A DNA stretch of 64,000 nt from Oculina patagonica (taxonomy: Eukaryota). Shown here piece after piece: positions 1 through 12,188 of this stretch. The DNA lies in the NCBI RefSeq assembly GCF_052425735.1, contig NC_135768.1:17236001-17300000 (forward strand), in the 5' to 3' direction. The notes under the pieces are model-generated. The model had not been told where the DNA came from and did not search any database. It was given only the letters and a program-made list of their open reading frames with translations. Made by a program: the position numbers and the translations under genes. How positions within the stretch are numbered: the stretch's first letter is position 1; each line of letters opens with the position of its first letter.

Positions 1-715
1 ACAATCGTGCGCGCGTTGCTCTTAAATAAACCCTTTCTTGATCTTTGGCTTAAAAACACGTCCAAATGTAGGTTTTTGAACTTTAATCCTTTAGAGTTTC
101 TACTAAAATATCAGACTGATCGTCGTTATCTATGAGAGCGATTGTCAACTCGGCTGCGCCGCCTAAACTATTGTGAGCTACCTTAAACTTGAATTAAATA
201 GACTTCGTTTTCAAAAGTTAAAAATAGCGAAGTATGAAATCAAATTAAAAAATAAGACAGTCTTCTTTCTTTGCATCTATTATTTTAACCATAAAAAACA
301 ATTTTTGTTTTAAATGTCAAAAAAACTAATTTTTGCTTGACACTGTTGGTGTAGCTGCCTTTAGTTCAAAACTGAGCCACCTTTGTATCAAAACTAATGA
401 AAAAAATTCAAATTAAAAAGCACAGCAAATTCATGCAGAACTTCATGCAGAAGCTTTGTATACTTTTGGGCGGGATGAACTGTTATGACTGTCAGTTCCA
501 TTGTAATAAAAAATAATCAATGATGGGAAAAATCAACGCTTATAATCCTTTACAATGGCCTTTATTACAAAAGCCTTGGAGATGAAAATTAAACAAGAAC
601 TAGAGACCAACTCAAAGGAAGCTGATTATTATTGGAAGCGGACGATTTTTTGACCACAACGAAGTTAAAACCAATTTTTTTTTATCAAGTTGGGGTTTTT
701 AAAAGAAGAAACACG

Positions 716-1621
716 ATGGACAACAACACCTTATTAAGGAACAAATCAGCAGCAAGGGATTACTTTGACTTTGAAGAAAATACTCATATTGAAAATATCG
801 TCATCATATATTGCGCTCTCAATGCACCACTGATGATCATGTCTATTGTTGGCAACGCTCTGGTGATAGCAGCAATTTTGGGAACTCCTTCACTTTCTTC
901 GCCGTCTACAACACTGCTCTGCAATTTGGCCTTCACAGATCTTCTTATTGGGCTTGTTGTACAACCCCTTTTCATCTTTAACGAGCTTATGCTCGATCAA
1001 TCTGTATGGTACACTTATGAAATCCCGTCCTACATTTTATGTGGCATTTCTCTTTGCACAATGACAGCCATTAGCGCGGAAAGATTTTCTGCTCTTCACT
1101 ACCACATGAGATATGTTACCATAGCAACTACATCACGTGTTTTGCTCGTGATAGTAGCAATGTGGCTTATCATTTCTTCAGTTTCAATTTTTCTTTACCT
1201 ATGGAAGAGGCTAATATATTTTATAGTAGCATCGGTTTTCATCATAGTGTGTCTGTCGATATCTTCATTTTGTTACATTCGAATTTTCCAAATTGTTCGA
1301 CGACATCAAATACAAATTCATGCTCAACAACAGGCGGTGCAAAGTTCAGAAGTAAGTAATAACATAACCCAGTTGAAGAAAAGTGCCATAAACACTTTTG
1401 CGTTTTATACTTTTCTGCTTTTATGTTACTTTCCAAAGTAAATTGTTTTAGCTCTTGTTGGAATGACAAAAATGGACTGGCAAAGGGTATTTAACTTTGC
1501 TACCACTTTAGTATTCTTAAACTCTTCCATGAATCCACTTTTGTACTGTTGGCGTCTCAGCGAGCTTCGAAGGGCAGTTGTAAAAACAGCAAGAAAGATG
1601 TTATGTACAAAAACTGAGTAA
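716..1621 (+). pseudogene. Class A GPCR, subtype A copy 1 (melanocortin/adenosine receptor-like), with an in-frame nonsense codon at 1439-1441
   Basis: GN..D..ERF motifs; the reading frame continues past TAA (…CYFPK*IVLALVGMTKMDWQRVFNFATTLVFLNSSMNPLLYCWRLSELRRAVVKTARKMLCTKTE*) collinear with the intact paralogs at 12189 and 23489. ATG at 716 aligns with the paralog starts. Confidence 0.85.
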
Positions 1622-2955
1622 AATCCAAACAGCCGAACATTGTTTCTATGCAAGACTGGATGCAGTGTAGGTGCAGTTCTTTCGACTTCTCCGAGGTCAA
1701 GAATAAGTAGTCACTCAACGGAGATATGTAATATCATTTTGAAATATTTTAGTAAAAATTGTCTAGAATCACATTTTTTGCTACTATAATTAGCCCTTTA
1801 GAGAATATTCTAGACCTTGGAAGTGCTTGTGTATAAGAGCGAGAGTTTGAAAAGAAACAAGCTAAATAAAGCTATTATGGTCATCTTCACAACAAATTAT
1901 CTTTGATAAATGCAAAATACTGTCAAGTGCGTTTCTGAAGAAGAGCATCTCGGAAAAAACATATTCACTACCCTTTGGAAGTACGTTAATTTTTATTGCA
2001 GCTTTAAGCAAAACAGGCAATTTCAAGTAAAAAATTTTAGAATGGCACACTTTGCAACTGAGCTCCACATATATGATGATAATATATTACGTTCGTTTGG
2101 TGATTCAACATGCATATAAATGACATTCACATAATGTGCTTCGTAGGTGATGTGCAACGGGATAACCTAAGACATCATGGGTTTTGAAGCAGCTGCGTCA
2201 CGGATTGCTTATTTGAAAAGTTCAGCCTAAATTTTTCAAGTTGGTAGTAACTTTTTCAAAAATGCTTCTCAGTTTTTCCAGGTTAACAGTAAATTGCCGG
2301 GGTTTACATCGATTTAAAGATTATGTTTTGAACCACATTTTTTTTAATTTAAAGATATCGTGACATGGCGTCTTTTATGTTACCAGTGAACAACGCGACA
2401 AAAAAAACACAACAGAAACATAACTACATAACATAATGATATGAGGACAAAAACTGATCTTTGCTTTATGTCGTTATGTCTATGTCGTTAGCTCGTAATG
2501 TCGCTAGTGTGAACTAGGTCTTAGACTCCGTTAACCAGTCATATGAATAAAACAATTCAGTTGTGCAGTAAAGTTAATTTTGAATCTTCGTAGATTGGCT
2601 TATACCAATTTTAATGTCAACGCCACCATTAAGGCACTCAAAAAGTCTCCCCATTGTTTCCGATTTAATTCAATTGCAGGTAGAAAAACTGACATCTTGT
2701 CATACCAGTATGATAAGCTGCAGTTTTAGCAAGTTTAATTATAACAGCCGTGCATTGTTGTGTTTTAAAACATCTTCCTGTGGTATTGAAAAAAAAAAAA
2801 CAGTTTGAAGCTACTGAAATTATATACATGCTAGAATGAATCTGAAAATCCGGCAAACAAACTCAAATGTAAACATTTTACAAAGTTTGATTGGCGACAA
2901 CATTTGAACGACGAATTCATCAGTTTTAAGTTCTACTTTGGTAAAATCTGTCGTG

Positions 2956-3876
2956 ATGCTTAACCATACATTTTCGCTTTGGGATGAATCAGCAGATGGT
3001 GGAGATTTTGACAACGAAGAAACAGCAACTTGTATTACTACTATCGTCGTTGTCAACTGTGCCCTGAATTTTCCACTGATGCTAATATCAATTTTTGGAA
3101 ACACAATGGTGTTACATGCGGTTGCCACAACGTCTTCGCTTCGTTCGCCGTCCTTAATTCTCCTGTGTGGTCTCGCTGTTTCAGACTTGGTTGTGGGTTT
3201 GGTGGTTCAGCCGATTTACATCGCCAAAGAGCTTACATCGGATATTATTCTGCTAGGAGTAACAAGAACTATGGGATTTTCTTTTTGTGGGATTTCCTTC
3301 GCGACAATGGCAGCGATAAGTGTTGATCGTTTTTTGGCACTTCGATATCACATGACGTATAACATGTTTGTTACTACAAGGCGTGTTAAATTAATCTTGA
3401 TAATAATATGGGTTATTCATATCCTGTTGCTGTCCAGCGTTAGCTTTTGGTATCAACCGGTTAATTTTTACATCAGTCGTGTTTTAATTGCCGTTTATAT
3501 CATAGCCTCTACTGTTTCTTACATTGGCATATATCGAATCGTTCGTCGCCATCAGTTGCAGATACTCGCTCAACAACAGGCCGTGGACGTGTCAACTGAT
3601 GAAAATTCGTATAACCTTCTGTCATCAAGCCAAACCGCAGTAAACACTTTCGTGTTTTACATCTGCACAATTTTTTGTTATTTTCCATGGCTGATTTACA
3701 GGATTTTTTACAGTCATATCTACGTCACAAATCCGAACACAGCTTGGGTTTTTACAGCAACTTTCCTATTTGCTAATTCTGCCATTAACCCCTTTTTATA
3801 CTGCTGGCGTCTTCGTGAACTTCGAGTCGCTGTTTTGAAGACAGTAAGAAAAATGTCATGCAAATGCATCAACTGA
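2956..3876 (+). CDS. Intronless class A GPCR, subtype B copy 1
   Basis: 7 hydrophobic segments; GN (TM1), LAVSD (TM2), DRF (TM3), CYFPW (TM6), NPFLY (TM7). First ATG (MLNHTF) at 2956. Confidence 0.9.
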   Translation: MLNHTFSLWDESADGGDFDNEETATCITTIVVVNCALNFPLMLISIFGNTMVLHAVATTSSLRSPSLILLCGLAVSDLVVGLVVQPIYIAKELTSDIILLGVTRTMGFSFCGISFATMAAISVDRFLALRYHMTYNMFVTTRRVKLILIIIWVIHILLLSSVSFWYQPVNFYISRVLIAVYIIASTVSYIGIYRIVRRHQLQILAQQQAVDVSTDENSYNLLSSSQTAVNTFVFYICTIFCYFPWLIYRIFYSHIYVTNPNTAWVFTATFLFANSAINPFLYCWRLRELRVAVLKTVRKMSCKCIN

Positions 3877-4554
3877 AATAGCAAAAGGATTGACTATTAG
3901 CAGAGACAGGTCTTATTTGTTATTACTCCTTAAGATACATTATTCAGTCGACAACAGTCACCTCTGTTAAAGTTTTAATCTTCTAAAATATTGTAAATTG
4001 TTCTTGAACCTCGTCGAATATTATGAACACAGAAAAACTCTATCCAATATGAAAATTTGACGACTATGTGTTTTTCCGATGTTTTTGCGTTTGATGAATA
4101 ATGCATAATATATATTTTTGTCCAACGTTAACGCGATATTGATTTTAAAATCTGAGGGCCTAAGGCATTTCATGAAGTCGAAGATTAGTATAAAATTTCT
4201 CCTGTTCAATGAAAACCACGCAATATTACACTGGCAGTTCTACCCAGTGTTCCTATTTATCTTAAACAGCATTTGGTTGACAGCAACGGCATAGACGTTC
4301 AACGATTCGAAGTTTAACATTTTAAAAATATTATAAAGGTGATTATTTACTATGGTCTGATTGCTTTTGAGAACAAATTTATTTACATAGATGTTCAAGC
4401 AAGGTAAATGTGCATGTGATTTTCATTTGAATATTTTCAATATTCTTTTTTCAAGAAAACAAAGGTTAAGGATCTTCTTACAAGAAGATGATCAAAATAA
4501 AGGTGAATTCTACTATCCTAATAAGAGAACATTTTAAGATACAATTAAAATGTA

Positions 4555-4732
4555 AAACCGCGACGTTTCGAAGATATCTTGACTCCATTATCACGTTAAA
4601 ATGACGGTTGTAGTTTAGAATTTAGTATATTCTAAATATACTCTGTCTCTTTCTATGTATTTAAAATACGAAACTACAACCGTCATTTTTACTTGATAAC
4701 GAACTCAAGAAGGTTTCGAAACTTCGAAGTTT
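4555..4732. repeat. Palindromic element made of two inverted, degenerate hammerhead-like (Penelope pLTR-type) units; paralogous copies at ~16066-16228 and ~27366-27525
   Basis: CGACGTTTCGAAGA..TTATCACGTTAAAATGACGGTTGTAGTTT and its inverse AAACTACAACCGTCATTTTTACTTGATAA..TTCGAAAC flank a short spacer. Confidence 0.55.
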
Positions 4733-5721
4733 AATTTTGCTTATTTTCATTAGTAATTCTACTGTTGTCATAAAAAACACATTGGAGTAAAGGCTTTTAA
4801 GAACTTCAACGAAAGATTAGTAAAAAATCAGCTTGAGGACATAGACATCATTAGCATAAAGCTAAGTGCATGTTTGTGAGATAACAGAAGATTATTTGGA
4901 AAATAAGGGCAAGTCGGAAAAACGATATTGATGGGAGGTCTATTTACCAACTACTGTAATCGTTCTTACTGAAAAGGGACGAGAAAGCATTTTAATGCGT
5001 TGAATAGAGTGTTTTTCGTATATTATTTATTTAAAAGAAAACCAAAATTATCACTCTGGCCAATCTCAAAGGTCACAGATGATACAGTGAACCAATCAAA
5101 ACTTGAAGAAAATACAGGTAGCCGACGCGAAGTGCGGGAAAACGTGTGTAGGCGAGTCACGGGTGATTTTGGTTTCATCTATGATTTGTTGAAGAGATTG
5201 CGCGAGCTTTTAAAACCAATCACAAAAAAAGGTAAAGCAAAACTACTCCAATGCAGATTACTTTCGACATTCAATGGAACTTCTACTGTCCTGTCTATTG
5301 GCGCTGTTGAGTTCGCCTAGATTGGTCTAGATTACTTGCTTTCGAACGGCTGTTGTATGAGCGCAGTAATGAATATTGAATACCATACCAGTCGTAAAGG
5401 TATTTTGACTGGTCTACTTCAAAAGCGTACAGGAATATTAAAGATTCCAATTTTTTGAACGGCAGTGATAAATACTGGTCAAACGAAAAATTAATTATTT
5501 TCGATGTAATTTTAAAAAATAGCGACAGTTATCAATGATAACGTCATAGTTGGCTATTTTGTTGACAGGCCCATACTAATTTTCTATCTGTTTGTACTGT
5601 GCTGTGCTGTATCGTGCTTTCAAATAAGAATGTTATTTTTGTTACTAACAGCTATGGTTCTTTGGTTCATGAAAAGACAAGAAGGTAATGTTAACCACTA
5701 TGAGGCAAAGGGCGACGTTTT

Positions 5722-6672
5722 TGCCCCCGCAGGGTTCCGGCCCAGAGGCCGGAACCCGAGGAGGCACCTTAGAAGTCCCCGCGTAGGTAGGTAAAATGTG
5801 TGCATTTAGTGAACGGTACCGGAAAAAATCTCGATTTTGGTCAAAGCGGCTCGCAAAGGATTGCCCAAATGCTCGCAAAGGATTGCCCTAATGCTCGCAA
5901 AGGATTGCCGGAACGCTTGCAAAGGAGCAACGGAAGTCAGTACCGCAAAGGATAAAAATAGCCGTCGCACTGTGATCACAAGAAACATCAGTTGCTTGAA
6001 AAAATAGCTGAAACGTGTACCTGAAATTGAAATGATACCGAAAATGACATGGAAGGCATAACAGGCATATCATCCGGGGACAAAGAGTTTCTTATTTCAG
6101 TCAGCGACTGAACGTCGTGAAAATAAGTGGAAACCGTATACATCTTACGACGAGTAATAAACAAAAGCGTAAACTTTGTCATGACACGGTAATTCGTTTC
6201 GGTAACAAACTGTCAGTTTATTTGATCCAAAGAGTGGTTGAATAAGGAGTAAAAATTGTTTTTTCGAATCGTTGAATGTGCCATATTTTGTTACTCGTGG
6301 AACTGTTGGGCTTTTTGGCCTGAAAATTATTGCGGTAAGTTCGTTTTGAATGTTATAAGCCCGGACGGAAATAAGCTTGCGTGTTGTCACCACGAATAAT
6401 GTGTTACCATGTGTTATTTCCGCTAGCTAATATATTCGACTTTAACTTGTAAATTTATTAATTAGGACGCAACGGTGTCACACAACAAGAAATTCCGCAG
6501 CAAACAATAACGTGACGTAGATGGCACAGAAAAAAGAAGCCTAATTTATAGTGCAGTTCATCGGCATCAATAAATAAAGGCGACAAAAAGACTCCACTAA
6601 TCTTATTTTAGATTATTGCTGTAAAACAAATTATAAAATGGCGGGGGCAGCTAGTGAGAACTATTACTAGTT
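5722..6672 (+). mobile_element. Non-autonomous Helentron-like element (HINE)
   Basis: Subterminal inverted repeats TGCCCCCGC (5722-5730) and GCGGGGGCA (6641-6649); 3' stem-loop CTAGT..ACTAG (6651-6670); T-rich ends; internal ~22-bp tandem GCTCGCAAAGGATTGCC x3-4 (5849-5926); absent from the paralogous site at ~17160. Confidence 0.7.
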
Positions 6673-6747
6673 AAAATAATTTAGGCGTGTAATCACCCTA
6701 AGACAACCCTTTAACTTTAATTTTTTTTCTGGCTATTTTATCAGTCA

Positions 6748-6908
6748 AATAGCCCAATTTCGATATATTAAAATTCAGCCTAAAACAATAGACCTCAGGA
6801 CGAGGCTCCGGGGACTAAACTATAGATTTCGTGGGGTTTATTCCCCGGAGCCTCGTAGTGATGTCTATTGTTTTAAGCTGAATTTTAAAATATCGAAATT
6901 GGGCTATT
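6748..6908. mobile_element. Palindromic MITE with AATAG...CTATT ends
   Basis: ~65-bp inverted arms AATAGCCCAATTTCGATA..CTCCGGGGA / TCCCCGGAG..ATCGAAATTGGGCTATT; the empty site TCAGTCAAATTAATG at ~17233 implies an AT duplication. Confidence 0.8.
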
Positions 6909-7257
6909 AATGTTTGTTGTTAGCCCATGGAATAAATAAAAACGAAACTCTTAAAACGGCTTATTAACTGTATCAAAACTTTAAGAAAGTGCGAGATAGA
7001 AGTTGTGTTCCCATAATCCTAGCTGTATAAACACAGAGCACTGCACGAGCAGAGAATTCACAGTTTGATAATCGCAATAAAAGAGCGATTTCCTTCCTTT
7101 ATCTCACTTCATCATTTATTAAAGACAGAAAGCACTTTATTGTTTCGTATTTCTATCGATTTCATGAAACTGGGTGAACTCGAAAAAGCTGTGGAAATGC
7201 TCAACTACAGCTCTTGTTTCCACATCATTTCTAATCTCCTCCAAACTTCCACTCTTA

Positions 7258-7795
7258 GGGCCTGTTTACAAGATTCCGGAATGACTTTCATTCCAGAACG
7301 AGTTCCTTCCATCCCCATATATTTCTCTGTATCAGTTTACCGAGACAAAAGTCAAGTCTTTCCGGAATGAGTCCATTCTGGTTTTCATTCCAGAATGGAA
7401 TTTTCGTTCTGGAATGACATTTCATTGTGGTATCATGTAAACACAAAACAACTAATTTACTTCCGAGGTAAAACCGCATCTCATGAATCCGCATACGGAG
7501 TCCACAGTTTGAACTCGAGCGAAAAAACCGTAATAGCATTTCCTGTTTAGCCCAAAGAAGCAGCTCTGTGGTCAAATTATTCGTTAAAATAGTAAATGTG
7601 GTCATAAATGGGCACAATAACATGTTTGCGCGAAACCTGCGCAATCTTTGTTTTTTATCTCGCGCGAAAGCCACGCACGTGAAAACGCATAAGGTTGAGC
7701 CGGTCGACTCTATCATGTGAATGCAGAACGAACTTTATTCCGGAATGAGTTTCGTTCCGGAATGAAAGTCATTCCGGAATCATGTAAACAGGCCC
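7258..7795. mobile_element. PIF/Harbinger-type MITE (partial paralog at ~17586-17870)
   Basis: TIR GGGCCTGTTTACA.GATTCCGGAATGACTTTCATTCC; TTA target duplication at 7255-7257 and 7796-7798. Confidence 0.8.
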
Positions 7796-9226
7796 TTAAT
7801 TTAGCTCTTGTTTATAGAGCTATATAATGCTTTCCATTCCACTCTTAAATTAACTCTTGTTTGTAGAGCTGCATGAAAACATGGAAATGATTTCCATTCT
7901 TAGTCAAAATTGAAAATATATTTTTTCCTTTCTCACTTTTTGGAACTCTCCATAAATTAAATGAAAAACAACTTTAACGTACGTAGAATAATTAAAGGGA
8001 ACCAAGCTGTCCCCGAATTATCACAAGACAACTTGGTTGGGCGATTAAGGTTAAAATATTATTAATATACTGAATTATTGAATATGCATGAAAGATCGCC
8101 GTTATGCCTACAGCGAAGTTTCTAACACGTTGGCGGACAGCGAAAACGCTTAGTTAATTATAGACTCATGAGGTAAATAAACAGCCGTGACGCCTTGTTG
8201 ACTCCTAAGTTGTTAATTTTATGCCCCTGCAAGTCTGCAAGGGCAACTGCAACGAAAGCCGCATTTCACTGCCGAATTTCACTTCTTCTTGTCGAAGCAC
8301 GCACTAGATCTTCAACAATCGGCGTCACATCAAGCTAATGGTTGTTTACCATTTTTCCAGCCGTTTCCAAAAATTCTGGTTTTAGGTGGGACACGAATCT
8401 TTGGTTCATTCCGTTCCGAATGGAAATTCGTTTTGCATCATCTGTATTAGGTCCGCCTTACAGCTTTTACGACCGTGTTAAATTTCGCAGTTAAATTGAA
8501 ATGGCGGGATCTTCAATAGGAATCTTCATATTGAATACATTCTTCATGAACGGAAGTTCCCAACCGAAATTTCCGTATTTTTTTGTAAATGGTAAACAAC
8601 CAAATATTCCCTGGTGGAGTATTTTCCTTGTTCGCTTCGCCTGTCTTCAGAAAAATATATTAACCAAAGAATAATTATGTTTAGTAAATTTTCTCAATGC
8701 TGCAAAATAGTTACATTTAATATGATGTTTAAAAAAATATTTATAATATAAAAATGTCTAAAACTTCAAACTCGAAAACAAAAGTAGCAATCGAAAATCA
8801 TGAGGCGGAACACGTCCTGAGAGTGCAACAATGACGCCAAGCTCTCTTAAGTAAATAACTACTTAAATAGTATTCACAAGGCACTCGCGACAGACGCAAA
8901 CACAATTGCTATTTAGCCTACTGCTGGAAGGCTAATATAAAGTGAAGGTTAAGTTCTTCCTTAAAAGTTTCTTCAGTCTTGTTGAAAGCACTCTCCTAAC
9001 ATAATAAAAAGCTATAATTACACGTGAAAGGGAAACTAGAGACAATGATGAGCTAATTTAAAACCCACGCAATTTGGCATTAAACATGAAACTGCCAATC
9101 GGTGAAAAGCAGCTGTTTTGAACCTGTTTGCTAAAAGCTGTCCAAATTAAAAGCTATTTCTACAAATGTGTGAATACAAATTGACACTATGTAAAACGGA
9201 TGCAGAGACTGCGTTGACACAATATC

Positions 9227-10228
9227 ATGGCTAATGCAACATATTTATTAAGTTCTGTTTCCCAAAACTATACGACGACCAATTCCTCAACCTGCCAAAC
9301 TCTTCAACCTTTTCTGGATATAGAGGCTAGAGAGAATTTACCACAATTCTACATAATAGCGTCAATATCGGCGTGTGCGCTTGACTTCATAATGTGCTTC
9401 ACAACACTGCTTTTTAATATGGTTGTCATTTTGGCAATATGGAGGACACCCTTGCTGCATCAACCGAGAAACGTTCTACTCTGTTCTCTGGCAGTTTCCG
9501 ACTTTTTCGTTGGTTTAACAACACAGCCTTCCTTTCTAGTAGCAGAAATTTCACTTCTTCTTGGAAACATGGAGCTATACTGCTTAGCAGTGTTTATTCA
9601 CTTTTACACTAGTTGGATGTTCAATGGGGTTTCTTTCCTAACGCTTTCAGCCATCAGCTTTGAGCGATATCTCGCCCTGCGTTTTCACCTTCGATATGCC
9701 GAGTTAATAACAAACACCCGCGTGTTCATTACGGTGATTATTTTCTGGTCGATATGGGTTACGTGGATAACGCTTCTGTGGTTTTGGGCGAAAAGCAAAC
9801 TTCTGACCCACATACTTATTGCCCTTTGCATACTGATATCAACAATTGACGCCTGGTGTTATTTTATAATTTACAAAACTGTCAAAAGGCACAACAAACA
9901 AATTCAGGACTCGCAACAACAAACCCATCAAAGCATGGTCCGATATCGACGCACGACAAACACAATGATTATTCTTATTAGCGCTTTTGCCCTAAGCTAC
10001 TTTCCCTTTATCATCACCACGGCAATAAGTGCTTCGCAAGCGAAGGAAGACATGAGGACATCTGCGGCCCACTGTCTTGCGGTTGTGGTCATTTTTGCAA
10101 ACTCTACAGCAAATCCGTTGATTTACTTCTGGCGAGTGGCAGAGCTTCGCGAAACCGCGAAGCAAGCTTTCAGGAAACTCATTCCGAAAAAAGTTAAACA
10201 GGAGGACGTGGAGTTAGATACTAGATAG
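9227..10228 (+). CDS. Intronless class A GPCR, subtype C copy 1
   Basis: N-terminal N-glycosylation sequons; LAVSD, ERY, SYFPF and NPLIY motifs; 333 aa. Confidence 0.92.
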   Translation: MANATYLLSSVSQNYTTTNSSTCQTLQPFLDIEARENLPQFYIIASISACALDFIMCFTTLLFNMVVILAIWRTPLLHQPRNVLLCSLAVSDFFVGLTTQPSFLVAEISLLLGNMELYCLAVFIHFYTSWMFNGVSFLTLSAISFERYLALRFHLRYAELITNTRVFITVIIFWSIWVTWITLLWFWAKSKLLTHILIALCILISTIDAWCYFIIYKTVKRHNKQIQDSQQQTHQSMVRYRRTTNTMIILISAFALSYFPFIITTAISASQAKEDMRTSAAHCLAVVVIFANSTANPLIYFWRVAELRETAKQAFRKLIPKKVKQEDVELDTR

Positions 10229-10269
10229 TTTTGGTGCCAAAGTTTAGGTGTACACATTTGGCACCTTTA

Positions 10270-10494
10270 CAGAGCCGTACCCAGACTTTTAATGTTAAAA
10301 CATAGACGAGGCAAAAGTTGTAAGCTCTGTGACACTATTTTCAGCTTTTTTATGAGGTATTTCTTCCGAAAAATCAATCATGTTCAACGGGGGATCATTT
10401 TCCCACCTCAAAGTATTCTTTTTAAAAAAATATATTGAGTTAAAATCTAGACGAGGCAAGCGCCTCGTCTTGCCTCTTGCTAGGTACGACCCTG
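10270..10494. mobile_element. Small MITE (CAGAGCCGTAC...GTACGACCCTG) with CTTTA duplication; copies at 21564-21788 and 48739-49018
   Basis: Imperfect TIRs with CTTTA on both sides; the empty site TATCTTTAGTCCCC is seen downstream of GPCR C4 (~52630). Confidence 0.7.
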
Positions 10495-10604
10495 CTTTAG
10501 TCCCCTTGTAGAACTTCCCCTTATAGGTATGGGTGTATAATTGAAGTATCTGATTCCCTTGTTGATGATTTTCATTTTTGAGTTATTTTTTTCAAAACAT
10601 AGCT

Positions 10605-10910
10605 CTTAGTCGGCGTGATGGGCCGTGTAGTCAGTCAGTCACTCAGTGACTCAGTCAGCAAAGTATGTTTGTTTGTCACACCAATCAGATTTCAGGTAGT
10701 ATCAGAACCAATCAAATTGTAGTTTATAAGGGGGAAGCAATCTGATACGATACAGTTGTAGTGAGCGATTTCGTTCGAAGATTTTAGGTTTGTAGGAGTA
10801 GGAATTGGTAAGTTGTGAATTAACCCTGGATTAAAAACGTGTTTTTTGTAACGCTCACCTGCTTACAACGCACACGCCGTCAGCAAACGTCCCAACACAA
10901 ACTTGTTATT
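10605..10910 (+). mobile_element. Possible Helentron/DINE-like non-autonomous element (copy at ~21899-22204)
   Basis: Subterminal inverted repeat CGGCGTG/CACGCCG with an internal (CAGT)n microsatellite; boundaries approximate. Confidence 0.4.
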
Positions 10911-11024
10911 CGTCTTATTCGAGCGTTCGTTTTGAAGAGGCTAGCTTTCCTGACCGTGGTAAAAATTACATAAAGCATTTGCACACAGCAGATTTAAAGA
11001 TTAATGTTGTCATTATGATGTTAA

Positions 11025-11628
11025 CCCTTAATATGCTAAGTCCGGATTATTTCGGGATTTGGATGAATGGCCATTCAACCACTTATGACGTCACCAATTT
11101 ACACGTCAGCAGATGTTTGTGACGTGCAACTTATAGAGTTTGGATAGATCTTTCCACAGGAGTGTCCATCTTGAACATTGACTGCATTCCGACAGAGCTA
11201 ATCGAAAAAAACTTGATCAGTTTTTGGTGTAAAATTGGTGCTAAAACAGGCCAATATACCCGTACTTGATCATGGTCTCCTTTCCAGGGTTTCCATTGAT
11301 TAAGATCAAAACTTTTCAGGCCAGTAGAAGGCGTGCACACAGTAAATGATAGAGAGAAGAAGAAAGCATGCATGCAGAGAAAAACGAAAAGCAAAGGAGC
11401 AAGGAAAAAAATCGGAACGGTTCAGCAAAAAAAAACAAATTTTGGCTTATGCGCATGCGCCAAAGTAAAAAGTTGTACATTTTTACATGGAAATGTCATC
11501 AAAAACTTAATGCAGTGTCAGAATGTGCATTCTAGCAAAGTTTAGAGAAATTTAGGACCGTAGAGCCAAGAAAATCGATTAACGGTTAAAAAAAACGCGT
11601 TTTTGGAGTAATTTTAGCATATTAAGGG
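11025..11628. mobile_element. piggyBac-like MITE (copy at 22319-22928)
   Basis: TTAA|CCCTTAATATGCTAA ... TTAGCATATTAAGGG|TTAA. Confidence 0.8.
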
Positions 11629-12188
11629 TTAATACTGCATGTGGGTATATTTACAAAGAGTCAAAGAAATGGAAAGGAATCTTCTTTAAATTCCTAAATA
11701 TTGCTGAAGCTCCCCTACAAATTCGTACTAAGCTTTATCCATCAAAATTGTTGGGTCGGATGCGATAGAGCGCAAAAGACGCAATTGTTTATACCATTAC
11801 GATCCACCTTAAGATCAAAACTGTCGACAAAATTCCAAAATAAAAAAGCACAGCAGATTTATGTAATTATATCTGTTTTGCTTTACTTAGTTTTGTCACT
11901 ATTCTCTCTAACGGATGTTTGTTAACTTTTCTTTGGAAAGCAATTAAAAAATACAGCGGGATAAAATCTTCTGACTGTAAAAAAAAAATCCATAAGGGGG
12001 CAATCAACACTGATAATCTATCACAATGGACTTTATTACAAAAGCCCTGGAGATAAAAACTAAACAAGAACTCGAGACCAATTCAAAGAATGTCGATTTT
12101 TCTTGCAAGAGGACGATTTTGTAACCACAACGAAGTTAAAACAGAACTGATTTTCGTTTTTTAAGTTGGCTTTTTTAAAAGACGAAAC

